Positions 54,741 through 64,000 of a DNA stretch of 64,000 nucleotides are shown in pieces. The translations under genes and the position numbers were made by a program. Source of the DNA: a virus (lineage: Duplodnaviria > Heunggongvirae > Uroviricota > Caudoviricetes); IMG/VR virus record IMGVR_UViG_3300000439_000006. One strand, given 5' to 3'. Positions within the stretch are counted from its first letter, which is position 1. Each line of letters opens with the position of its first letter. The notes below the pieces were generated by a model. That model was given only the letters and a program-made list of their open reading frames with translations. It was not told the DNA's origin and did not search any database.

Positions 54741-57700
54741 ATGCCAGATAACATAATACCTTCAGCTCCTTCTACAAGTGGTCCTACAGCTGAACAGAAG
54801 ACTAATGACATGAATACCTTTATTGGTACAGGTCAAATGGCTGATGCAGCTTCAAGATATCCTACAGACACACCTGTTAGTCTTGTTAATGGACAAACAA
54901 TAAACGATCTTTTGAACCAGGCTCAAACAATACAAGCCCAAACAAGAGGTCTTTCTACATTACATCAGTTTGGTGAAACAAGTAATAAAGAGTTTGATGA
55001 AGACGCAGCTTTTGCTAATATAAACAAAAAGATAGCTACAGATCCCACTATAAAAATGAATGTTCAAAAGAACTCAACAAGTGTAGGAGCTGGAGATGAT
55101 CTTGAAAGATATAAACAATCTAAACATTTTAACACTTTAGGATATACTCCAGGTCTTGGAGAAAAACAAGAGTTTAAATATGGTGATGTAATGACATGGG
55201 GAGAAACCATGGGTAAAGCTGTTGGTGGAGCTTACGAATTAGGAAAGGCTACATTCATAGAAGGTTTCAAAGGATGGGGTAGAATGGTTGAGTCTTTAGC
55301 CACTTTAGATCTTTCTAAACTTATGGGTTCTGAACAAGAACGCTATGACATGGCTAAAGAACAACAAGAGATATTTGATAAGTATGCTATATATGATACC
55401 AAAGAATCTAAAGAAGGAAGTCTTTGGAATAGACAGTTCTTTGGAAGTATGTTACAACAATCAGGATTTGCTCTTGGTGCCGGTTTACAAATGGCCGTTG
55501 AAGGTTGGCTAACAGGTGGTATTGGTGATCTTTTAGAAATAGGTCTTGCTTCTAGTCTTGTAGCTAAAACAGGAAAGACAGCAGCTGAAGTAAGAGAGCT
55601 TGCTGGAGTGGCTGAAAGAACATCAGCTATTGGAAAAGGAATAGAAAGAGTTAAAAATGTTTTTAGTAAACCTACAGGAACTATAGGTGAAGCTCTTAAC
55701 GATGCTAGAAAGACAGCAGATGTAATGACTAAAGAAAAAGGCGTAGCGGAAAGTCTTGCCAAGTTTACAAAAAGCTTAATTCCTTTTTATGAAACAGGTG
55801 AAGAAATAGCTAAGCTTAATAAAGCTGGAGCCGGTACTCTACAACTTGTTGGTGCTGGATTAGGTGGTATTAAACGTAGTCTTAGTGAGTTTAACATGGC
55901 TCGTTCTGAGTCTATATATGAAGCTGCTAGTACATATAAACAACTTCAAGATAAACTTGTAAAAGAATATACAGAAAAAAATGGTGAAGCTCCTTATGGA
56001 GAAAAGCTTGAAAAGATACGTCAATCAGCTGAGAATGCTTCTCATGATAACTTCTGGACTAACGTAGGTGTACTATCACTTATGAATAAGATAGAGTTTG
56101 ATAACATGTTCAAAAGCTTTAATGGTACTCGTCAAATATTTAGTGAAGGAGCTCACGCTTTAGAAGAACATGCATTTGATGTAGCTGGAAAGGTTGAAGG
56201 TAAGATGGTTAGAAAGGCTTACACAATCAATCCATACTTTGGTAAACTAGGAGCTTTAGGTGATATTAGTAAAACCTTTGGTGGAAAAAAAGCTGCCTGG
56301 GAAGCTACTAAAATCGTTGGAGGTAAGTTCTTAAAAATAGAAGGATCTGAAGGTGTTCAGGAACTTTTACAGAATGCATCTGACCAAGGATTAGAAGACT
56401 ACTACTATGACTTATACCATGGTCAAAAAGGATATGGTGAAACAAGACTTGGTAAAGTGATGGATGGCTTCACTGATCAACTACATACAATTGAAGGAGC
56501 TAAGACATTTATAATGGGAGCTTTAACCGGGGCCCTACTTTCTCCTCTATACAAAGGAATAAGAATTAGTACAGAAGCTCTTAATGATAGAAAACAACTT
56601 AAAGCTGATCCTAAGTATCAAACTGCTAGACAACAAGCTATAGAAAGTGTAGGTCTTGTTAACGCGTTTTACTCTGGAGACAAAACCGCTCATATGAAAG
56701 AGTGGATAGCTAACGTTAAAATACAAAACAAAGCTGCAGAAACAATGGAAGATGCAGCTAGAAACCACGATAAGTATACATTCTATAACGCTAAAGATAC
56801 AGCGTTTAACAAAATGATTGGTGCAGCCATCAAACTAAACATGTTTGAGTCTGTACGTGATTCTATAAAAGAACTTGGAGACACTCTTAAAACAGATGAA
56901 GAGTTTAAACAAGCGTTTGACATGGAGCCTACAAAGGAAAACCGTGGAAACGCTAAAACTTTTATGCATAAGATCGCTAACGATCTTGAAGAATACCATG
57001 AGACACATACTAGACTAATGGATAAGTATGCTGATATTGTTATTCCTAAGCTGTTTAAAAACAACACATTACAAGAACAAGCTGATGCTAAGTTAGCTTA
57101 TGAAGCTGTACATCAGGCCATAGGTATGTTAACATTCAACGTACAAAAAGCTAAGCAAACTGTTCTACGTAATGTTTCTTTAAAACAAGAGATGTCTTCC
57201 AATCCTCATATAGGAAGTTCAGCCGGTATGATATTAACAAAAGCCGGTGGACAAACTAACGTGGAAGATAGTATAAAGATGTTAAACCAAGAAATCAAAC
57301 AAATGACTTCTGGTGGACCATTAACAGATGAACAACGTACACTTGTTTCTCAAAAAGTTGAAGAGGTGGGTCATCTTAAAAAATGGGCTGATGTACATCA
57401 TGATGTAGAACTAGGTGAATATGATGAGTATTCTCCAGAACACTTACAGAGTGATGCATATAAGACGTTTATGGATCTTATCAACTTTTATAACAAACAG
57501 AACAAGATATCAACTAATGTATCTAAACAAGATGCAGAGAGTGTGTTCATTAGTATGTTAGACTTTATGAAGCTTAACAGAGATAACAGGGGTTATGTTG
57601 ACGCTGTTAATCTGTTATCTGATCCTAACAATATGGATCTTATTATGAGAGCTACAGCGTCAGCTATCGTAGCTACAAATAAGGTGATGACTAAAGAACA

Positions 57701-60700
57701 TCTTGAAACAATCAACAAACTTATTGAAGCCGGGGAAGAAAAGAAAGAAGGAGAAGAAACACCAACATCTCCTACAGCTACAACATACACAATAAAAGAA
57801 GAGGCTGATGGATCATTCACCGTTGTTGATTCTGAAGGAAAAGAGATAACTAAAAATCTTGCGACTAAAGATGACGCTCAGGAACTTATAGATAGTTTAA
57901 ACAAACAAGCTACAAAAACAATAGATAAATCTTCAAGCCCTGCTTTAGAAGAAATCAGAAAAAGAAAACAAGCTTTAGAATATTCAGCCAATCAATTAAC
58001 ACAACAGTTTCAAGAAAAAGTTGATGACCTGGTATCAAAAGGGGCCACTCAAGAAGAAGCTAAAAACATTGTCCTATCTGAAATGTCTAGTGAGGATAGA
58101 GAAGCTTTAAAGAAACTGTACAATAATTTGATATCTGTTCTTGGTGAAGAAAAAACAGAGTTAACTAATATAAGTAATATTTTGGTTAACGAAAGAGGTA
58201 ATAATAAAGATGTAGCTAAAGCTATAGTTGATTCTAATAACAAAGTCATAACACTAGAAGATCTTGATAAGATACAGAAAAACTGGAATGATAACAATGG
58301 TTTGACTGATGTTATTAAAGCTATTGATGATGTAAGTAAAGATATAAAAGAAAAAGAAAACATTCTTAAAGACTTCACCACTCCTCAGCAATACCTGGAC
58401 GAAGACTCTAATGAGTTTAAATCGTTATATAACGATGGGTTGGATACATTATCAAAAGTGATAAACAAACCTAATGTTAAAGCTGACGAAATCAAAACAG
58501 CTTTTGATCACTTCTTTGACAATGTGGTTATTAAACTAGATCCTAGTCTGGCCGCCAGAAACATGTATAAGAAAAAGCATAAAGAAGAGATGGAAGCTTT
58601 GATTCAAAAAGCCAATCTTAATGCTAAAGCTAATGACGTATCTGGAGCTAAACAATCAGTTACAAATGTTTACAGTAAAGAAGGTTCTTTAAATGAGTCA
58701 GCTGAGGATGTGTTTAACATTTTAAACAATGGATTAAACCCAGAACATAAAGCTGAGGTGGTGGAACACTTTGAACAAAGCTATTTAAAAAACATAGCTC
58801 GTAAAATAAGTAACCTTATAGATAGAGCTAATGGTATATTAAGTGATGGAATACATTCTTTCTTAAAAAAAGAAGGAGAGAAAAGAGTTTTACGAGCTGA
58901 GAAAGAACTAAACAACTATAAAGAAGAAGCTACAAAGCTTAAAGAAAGTATAGATGGTGCTGGTATAAAGTTGAACGTAGAACATAATGAAGACTATAGT
59001 ACAAGTATAAATCGTAGTATTCAATATAATGATAGGTTCGCTAATAAACCTGCCACACTTGGTCAATCAGTAGCTATTGATAATCTGTTACGTACCGGTA
59101 TATTAACAGAAGAAGATCTACAAGGTAATAACAGAGACATGATGGTTGATGCTAGCAGCATCATTAATATAGGTAGCGCTAGAATAGCCACTATAGAGTT
59201 GAACAAACTAGCTAACGAATATATAAAAGAAAAATCAGCGACCAACTTAAAAAACTTAAAAGCATCTGCTAAACAATACCTTACAAGTATATATGGTAAT
59301 AGTAAAGAAGCATTGGAAATAATCAATGATCTTGTAGATGGTAATGGTGAGAAAGATGAAGATGGTAATCTGATATCAGAAGGTTTAGCTGACTTTGATG
59401 ATGTGGATACATTGCTTGGTGAGAATGTATTAAACGTTCCAAAAGTAAAAAAACTTCTTACAAATGAACAATATGCTTTATTAGCTACGTTTAAGAAAAA
59501 CCTTTTCCAGTCACAAATATACGGTAACATACTAAACGTATTTAACACTATATCGGATAAGGAGTCAGAGGCTATATCAAATAATCAGATTAATGCTGAA
59601 GACTTTATCACTGTAGGAATTCTTAATAGTATACCAGATTCATTGTTTCAAAAAGATAGTGAAAACAAATCTGTTAAAAACAGTGCTGCTTTAAGAGATG
59701 ATATATTATCTTTAATCAACACTTTAGATACATCTAGTAAAGATGAAAAAGAAGTCAATAAGTTGATAGAAAGTGTATCAACTAAATACTTTAGTTCTGG
59801 AAGTAAGCTTAATGGTATGGGTATGATTCAAGCATATGTTGGAGCTTACTTGAGCGTTAAAACCAGACTATCAACAACTAGTGTTACGGATAATGATGGA
59901 GCCCGTCTTTCTGAAGAAGAGATGTTACATGCTTTAAACAATAGTAAAACAACTTCTTTAAGTAAATCACAGATAGCTAGTGTAGATGAGTTTGCTAAAA
60001 CAACTCTTCTTGACGCATACAAAGAAAAACTTAACGCAGCTATAGGTTATACTCCTCAAGATCTTAACTATTCTCCAGAGAAACTTAGTGTTCCTGAGAA
60101 CCCAACAGGAACGTTTTCTTCTTTAAGAGAAAAAGACCCGGCCGATATCAGAACAGCTGATGACCTTATAAAAGCTATGAATGCTGTAGACAACAAAGTG
60201 GATACGAAAACAGCGTTACAGTTTGTTATGAACAGTGAGTTTGCTACAGACGCTGAAAAAGAACTAGCTTCTAACTTACTGGTGGCTGTACAACCTGGTA
60301 CAACCATGGCATTAGCTAACAACTCCAACTTTGACAAACCATCTGCAGGTGACTTCGATCCTAATACAAATGAGATAAGGATTAATATGGATGCTGTCGG
60401 ACACAAGGAAGGATATAAATCTGTTCCTTTAGAAACAGTTATTTTACATGAGCTTATACACCAACTTACAGAAAGCGCTTTAGAAGATCCTAACAGTGAG
60501 TTTGCTAAAGGAATCAAATCTTTGATCAACGCTGTAAAGAACGTTGAAGGTGTTGATACGTTTTATGCTTTCCAGAAGAGTTTATCTTCTGATGAACAAC
60601 TACGAGAGTTTGTGGCCGAAGCTTTAACTAATCCTTCTTTCCAATACTTATTGGCTAAAACTCCTTACGCTAACAGTAAAATGAGTGTGTGGGATAAGTT

Positions 60701-63356
60701 GATGGACATCATAAACAAAGTGTTATCAGCTGTAGGAGTTATATCTGGAAACGACTCAGCTTTATCTGAAGTGTTATCTCTTACAGGAGATCTTTTAAAC
60801 CCAGCTAATCCGAGTCACTTTGGATTTGTTACTGAGACTATGCAAAAGGTAAACAAAGCTAAGTCTTTAGAAGAACTAAATCAGATCAAAGAAGATTTGT
60901 TTAACAATAGAGAAAAGGTAAATGATGATCTTTATAATTCTCTTAAAAACTCCATAGATGGAAAAGAAAAGAGTATAAGACAACAACAGATAAAAGAGGA
61001 ACTTAAAGGATATGATGTCATCAAGATAAACAAAGTTACCTATCACTATCAACTTAAAGACACTGGATTAACAGTGTTTAAAGTGACAAGGAATGCTACT
61101 AAGACCAAAATAAAAGATCCTGCGATAGCCGGGTCTATTATAGAAAAGCTTCTATCAGAAAAAGGAGTGAGAAAACTACTTTCTAAAAGAGCTATCAACG
61201 ACATCATGCGTGAAGCAGGTGATCCTATGGATAGAGGATCTTATGCTAGTGGTGAAATGGATAAGAATGGTGCACCTATATATGAAACAAGATATCCTGA
61301 AGAATCTGAAGTACATATCAACCTTCCTTTTGAGCCAGGGATGTTTGCAAAGTTTACACGCGAGTTCTGGGCATTTAAAAAGTCAGGAAAGCTTGATCTT
61401 AAACTTGATTATCTAAAGAAAGAATACGGAGTCACAGCTGTAGCAAATTATGGTGAGTTAGCTAGTAAACTAGATAGAGACCAGATAAACAATCTTGTTA
61501 GAAGAAAATGGATATCTACTGAAAAGAAGATGGGAGGATTTTCTCTGGAAGATCATTTGAACGAAGGAATATCTGAAGACAGACTTTTCCAGATGTATCA
61601 TGATGTGTTAGCTGGTATCAACATAGATGACACAGACTATAAAGCCATTAGAAAAACTATCAATAGTGTACTAAAAACAGAACTTGGTGTCGACATATCT
61701 GACGAGTTACAAACTAAGATTGAAAACAAACTGTTCTATGAGGATATTCAAGTTGAAGAAGACGCTCCTATAAATGAACCAGTAGAACCAGGAGAAGAAC
61801 CTAAAGTGGTTTACACGAAAGAAAAAGAAAGTGACAACATAGCTGATTACAAGATAAACGAAGATACAACAGCTAAACAAGATAGTGCATTACGTTCTTA
61901 TAATCCAGATAACTTTGGCGTAGATGAAAAAACAGGTGAGTTAAAACTTACTAATCAGTTTAAGAAGTTCTACTACAAGGTGAGAAATGTTATAAACGCC
62001 TTATCTGTAAAAGACATAACAAGTCTTAAGGGCTATCATGTCACCATGGATAAAGATGACGCCAACTTACGTTGGGATGGATCTGCTGAAGATGATGGTT
62101 ATAAAAACGCTGAAAAAGGTGTTCTCGGATATATATCTGATGATAAGGGAAATCCTTTAGTATTTGATTCTAAAGGTAATATGGTTGGAACTTTGGATAA
62201 AAATAACCTATCAGATCATAAAGGTCTTAACAATGGAGAAAACCAGATTGTGTATTTCACTTTGATGAAGAATAATAATGAATACACTAATCTTGATAGC
62301 TTTAAAGACGCAGCTGATTTAAAAGCCGCTAGAGAAAAGGTAATGAACGGAAATCCACAGATAGGAAGATTGATTAATGTTAGTCAAGGTCAGATGAATC
62401 TACAGGGTGGATTAACACAAAAGAACTCTCAACGTAAAAGAAGTAACGATAATGATTTCTCAGAACAGTTAAATCAAGATCATGTAAGTATAACTCTTAG
62501 TCCTAATGGTAGATCACTTGTGATTGATATCACTGGTCCAGATGGAGCTGTAAATAGAGAAGGACTTTACCCACCAAACATAAATACTCTTCATGTTAAT
62601 ACAGGAGAACGTAACACATCCATGTTTGATTACATCATAGAACTGATGCAAACATATAGAAACATGGCTGAGAGTAAAGATCCAAACTTGTTAAATGTAC
62701 AACAAAACCTAAAAGACTTCTTAGGACATATCCTTTATAAGGGAAATGTTCGTATTGGTGGTGAATTCTACAACATAGAAGTGAATACTGGTAAGAAAGA
62801 TGCTAACGGTAAATATATTACAGAAGGTTTCCCTGTATTTAAAAAAGATGCTAATGGTAACTGGGTTATTAATGATGAAAACTTTAAAGATAATGATCCT
62901 AAAAAGAACGTCTTTAATATGCTTAGAAACTATATCAATCGTCAACCATTGAATATAGATCAAGAGTGGCTTAGTGGTAAACGTGCGTTCATGTTCCCTA
63001 TAATAAAAGAGGAAAATGGTAAAAAAATCGTTACCTTTGTAGAGAAAGATTACAGAGATTTCTTATTAAACGAAGTGGGGTTTGCTACTAATATTAGAAC
63101 AATTCCTGCTCAAAAAGATATAGAGCGTAATAACTCTATGGTTCACTTTGAATCTCCTAAAGATCTTTCACCTAAGACAACACCTATAGAAACAACCAAC
63201 AAAAACTTAGTTGACAATCCTAGTGTTATAAAAGAAACCGTAAAAGAAGATATAAAAAATGCGAACACAACAGGTGTAACAGGAGTGAAGAATACATCAA
63301 AGAAGAAGTTCAGAGCTCCAGTACAAGATGAGGTGTTCGATAAAACTTGTAAATAA
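54741..63356 (+). CDS. Giant virion protein (2871 aa) with zincin-like protease domain
   Basis: VILHELIHQLT (HExxH, near 60447) then EQLREFVAEALTNPSFQ; Gly/Ala-rich putative membrane segments in the N-terminal part. Confidence 0.75.
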   Translation: MPDNIIPSAPSTSGPTAEQKTNDMNTFIGTGQMADAASRYPTDTPVSLVNGQTINDLLNQAQTIQAQTRGLSTLHQFGETSNKEFDEDAAFANINKKIATDPTIKMNVQKNSTSVGAGDDLERYKQSKHFNTLGYTPGLGEKQEFKYGDVMTWGETMGKAVGGAYELGKATFIEGFKGWGRMVESLATLDLSKLMGSEQERYDMAKEQQEIFDKYAIYDTKESKEGSLWNRQFFGSMLQQSGFALGAGLQMAVEGWLTGGIGDLLEIGLASSLVAKTGKTAAEVRELAGVAERTSAIGKGIERVKNVFSKPTGTIGEALNDARKTADVMTKEKGVAESLAKFTKSLIPFYETGEEIAKLNKAGAGTLQLVGAGLGGIKRSLSEFNMARSESIYEAASTYKQLQDKLVKEYTEKNGEAPYGEKLEKIRQSAENASHDNFWTNVGVLSLMNKIEFDNMFKSFNGTRQIFSEGAHALEEHAFDVAGKVEGKMVRKAYTINPYFGKLGALGDISKTFGGKKAAWEATKIVGGKFLKIEGSEGVQELLQNASDQGLEDYYYDLYHGQKGYGETRLGKVMDGFTDQLHTIEGAKTFIMGALTGALLSPLYKGIRISTEALNDRKQLKADPKYQTARQQAIESVGLVNAFYSGDKTAHMKEWIANVKIQNKAAETMEDAARNHDKYTFYNAKDTAFNKMIGAAIKLNMFESVRDSIKELGDTLKTDEEFKQAFDMEPTKENRGNAKTFMHKIANDLEEYHETHTRLMDKYADIVIPKLFKNNTLQEQADAKLAYEAVHQAIGMLTFNVQKAKQTVLRNVSLKQEMSSNPHIGSSAGMILTKAGGQTNVEDSIKMLNQEIKQMTSGGPLTDEQRTLVSQKVEEVGHLKKWADVHHDVELGEYDEYSPEHLQSDAYKTFMDLINFYNKQNKISTNVSKQDAESVFISMLDFMKLNRDNRGYVDAVNLLSDPNNMDLIMRATASAIVATNKVMTKEHLETINKLIEAGEEKKEGEETPTSPTATTYTIKEEADGSFTVVDSEGKEITKNLATKDDAQELIDSLNKQATKTIDKSSSPALEEIRKRKQALEYSANQLTQQFQEKVDDLVSKGATQEEAKNIVLSEMSSEDREALKKLYNNLISVLGEEKTELTNISNILVNERGNNKDVAKAIVDSNNKVITLEDLDKIQKNWNDNNGLTDVIKAIDDVSKDIKEKENILKDFTTPQQYLDEDSNEFKSLYNDGLDTLSKVINKPNVKADEIKTAFDHFFDNVVIKLDPSLAARNMYKKKHKEEMEALIQKANLNAKANDVSGAKQSVTNVYSKEGSLNESAEDVFNILNNGLNPEHKAEVVEHFEQSYLKNIARKISNLIDRANGILSDGIHSFLKKEGEKRVLRAEKELNNYKEEATKLKESIDGAGIKLNVEHNEDYSTSINRSIQYNDRFANKPATLGQSVAIDNLLRTGILTEEDLQGNNRDMMVDASSIINIGSARIATIELNKLANEYIKEKSATNLKNLKASAKQYLTSIYGNSKEALEIINDLVDGNGEKDEDGNLISEGLADFDDVDTLLGENVLNVPKVKKLLTNEQYALLATFKKNLFQSQIYGNILNVFNTISDKESEAISNNQINAEDFITVGILNSIPDSLFQKDSENKSVKNSAALRDDILSLINTLDTSSKDEKEVNKLIESVSTKYFSSGSKLNGMGMIQAYVGAYLSVKTRLSTTSVTDNDGARLSEEEMLHALNNSKTTSLSKSQIASVDEFAKTTLLDAYKEKLNAAIGYTPQDLNYSPEKLSVPENPTGTFSSLREKDPADIRTADDLIKAMNAVDNKVDTKTALQFVMNSEFATDAEKELASNLLVAVQPGTTMALANNSNFDKPSAGDFDPNTNEIRINMDAVGHKEGYKSVPLETVILHELIHQLTESALEDPNSEFAKGIKSLINAVKNVEGVDTFYAFQKSLSSDEQLREFVAEALTNPSFQYLLAKTPYANSKMSVWDKLMDIINKVLSAVGVISGNDSALSEVLSLTGDLLNPANPSHFGFVTETMQKVNKAKSLEELNQIKEDLFNNREKVNDDLYNSLKNSIDGKEKSIRQQQIKEELKGYDVIKINKVTYHYQLKDTGLTVFKVTRNATKTKIKDPAIAGSIIEKLLSEKGVRKLLSKRAINDIMREAGDPMDRGSYASGEMDKNGAPIYETRYPEESEVHINLPFEPGMFAKFTREFWAFKKSGKLDLKLDYLKKEYGVTAVANYGELASKLDRDQINNLVRRKWISTEKKMGGFSLEDHLNEGISEDRLFQMYHDVLAGINIDDTDYKAIRKTINSVLKTELGVDISDELQTKIENKLFYEDIQVEEDAPINEPVEPGEEPKVVYTKEKESDNIADYKINEDTTAKQDSALRSYNPDNFGVDEKTGELKLTNQFKKFYYKVRNVINALSVKDITSLKGYHVTMDKDDANLRWDGSAEDDGYKNAEKGVLGYISDDKGNPLVFDSKGNMVGTLDKNNLSDHKGLNNGENQIVYFTLMKNNNEYTNLDSFKDAADLKAAREKVMNGNPQIGRLINVSQGQMNLQGGLTQKNSQRKRSNDNDFSEQLNQDHVSITLSPNGRSLVIDITGPDGAVNREGLYPPNINTLHVNTGERNTSMFDYIIELMQTYRNMAESKDPNLLNVQQNLKDFLGHILYKGNVRIGGEFYNIEVNTGKKDANGKYITEGFPVFKKDANGNWVINDENFKDNDPKKNVFNMLRNYINRQPLNIDQEWLSGKRAFMFPIIKEENGKKIVTFVEKDYRDFLLNEVGFATNIRTIPAQKDIERNNSMVHFESPKDLSPKTTPIETTNKNLVDNPSVIKETVKEDIKNANTTGVTGVKNTSKKKFRAPVQDEVFDKTCK

Positions 63357-64000
63357 TGGCAGAGTGTTCAGTTAATCTTAAGAAAGATAAGTTATCAAAG
63401 ATAATAGGTAAAGTGGAGTTCTTCTTATTCCGAGCTATGGAACGAGAAGGACTTGACTTTGTCGAAGTGGTTAATGACCAAAAGAGTAATAGAGATGTTA
63501 TATCTGAAGATGACGTAAAAGCTTTTAAAGAAGCATCCAAGAATGGAGCGCCCGCTGAGTTTAAAAGTAAGGATGAATACGTAAGTCCTATTACAGGAAG
63601 ACGTATGCCCACTCCTAATGGAGCTAAATGGGTCTTATCTGAAGATGGGTATTACGATCTTATGCACGAAGGTAAAGCTCTTATAAAAGGAGTTGATCTT
63701 AAAACCGGTATACAGGTTAGTAATGTCATTCGTCTTTTAAGTAAAGTGAAAAACACTTTGATACCTGAGTATATAGAAGAGTATAAAAAAGCTGCTAAGG
63801 TTCAAAAAGAAGCTGGATTAACTGATTCAGCAGAAGACTACGAGAACTTTGCTGTCAATCTACAGTCACTTATTCCTATGTGGGACCAAGTGGTTGCTAA
63901 CTTTTCTAAATACAGTACACAGTTTAACTTTAGAACTAAGTTCTCATTGAACGAAGACGGTATGGTAGATCTATCAGATGTCGCGGACGATGAAGAAAAG
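63356..64000 (+). CDS. N-terminal part of the next large gene (possibly virion RNA polymerase), truncated by the window edge
   Basis: Open frame MAECSVNLKKDKLSKIIG... from the TAATG junction to the end of the window; function by synteny only. Confidence 0.55.
   Translation, partial: MAECSVNLKKDKLSKIIGKVEFFLFRAMEREGLDFVEVVNDQKSNRDVISEDDVKAFKEASKNGAPAEFKSKDEYVSPITGRRMPTPNGAKWVLSEDGYYDLMHEGKALIKGVDLKTGIQVSNVIRLLSKVKNTLIPEYIEEYKKAAKVQKEAGLTDSAEDYENFAVNLQSLIPMWDQVVANFSKYSTQFNFRTKFSLNEDGMVDLSDVADDEEK

Noticed and set aside
4234-63612. Numerous antisense or alternate-frame ORFs (e.g. 21109-21675, 28707-29489, 35522-35956, 55343-55762, 59063-59548, 60068-60529)
   Set aside because: Shadows of long, codon-biased + strand genes with no independent start signals or motifs
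1-64000. Genome-wide stop-codon reassignment (TAG to Gln or TGA to Trp)
   Set aside because: Genes up to 8.6 kb are open in code 11; only one internal TAG was found and no suppressor tRNA is in the window

Overview
An AT-rich, densely coding segment of a Crassvirales (crAss-like) dsDNA phage, most likely infecting a Bacteroidota host (consensus TTTG-N20/21-TAnnTTTG promoters at 3348 and 30480; A-rich, Shine-Dalgarno-free translation starts). Bases 1-2900 hold a few minus-strand, probably early genes. After a G-rich strand switch near 3070-3170, everything is on the + strand. In order: a candidate ncRNA, a six-tRNA operon (Pro, Cys, Phe, Thr, Gln, His), a PD-(D/E)xK nuclease, TerL, a GIY-YIG homing endonuclease, portal, scaffold, major capsid protein, small basic proteins, ring and fibre genes, a Cys-rich Fn3/SprB-repeat block, a metallophosphoesterase, tail ring and muzzle genes, and the large ejection (cargo) proteins. 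The last gene, possibly the virion RNA polymerase, is truncated by the window edge. The standout observation is at 3348-3511, directly upstream of the tRNA operon. A host-type promoter drives a 20-codon leader peptide (MKKNTQHTQQFPTTPCFTRR) whose 14 central codons use only, and all of, the six amino acids whose tRNAs lie downstream. It is followed by mutually exclusive antiterminator and terminator hairpins. This looks like a ribosome-stalling attenuator that switches on the phage tRNA array when the matching host tRNAs are depleted. Protein family calls come from motif recognition and synteny only; no database search was run.
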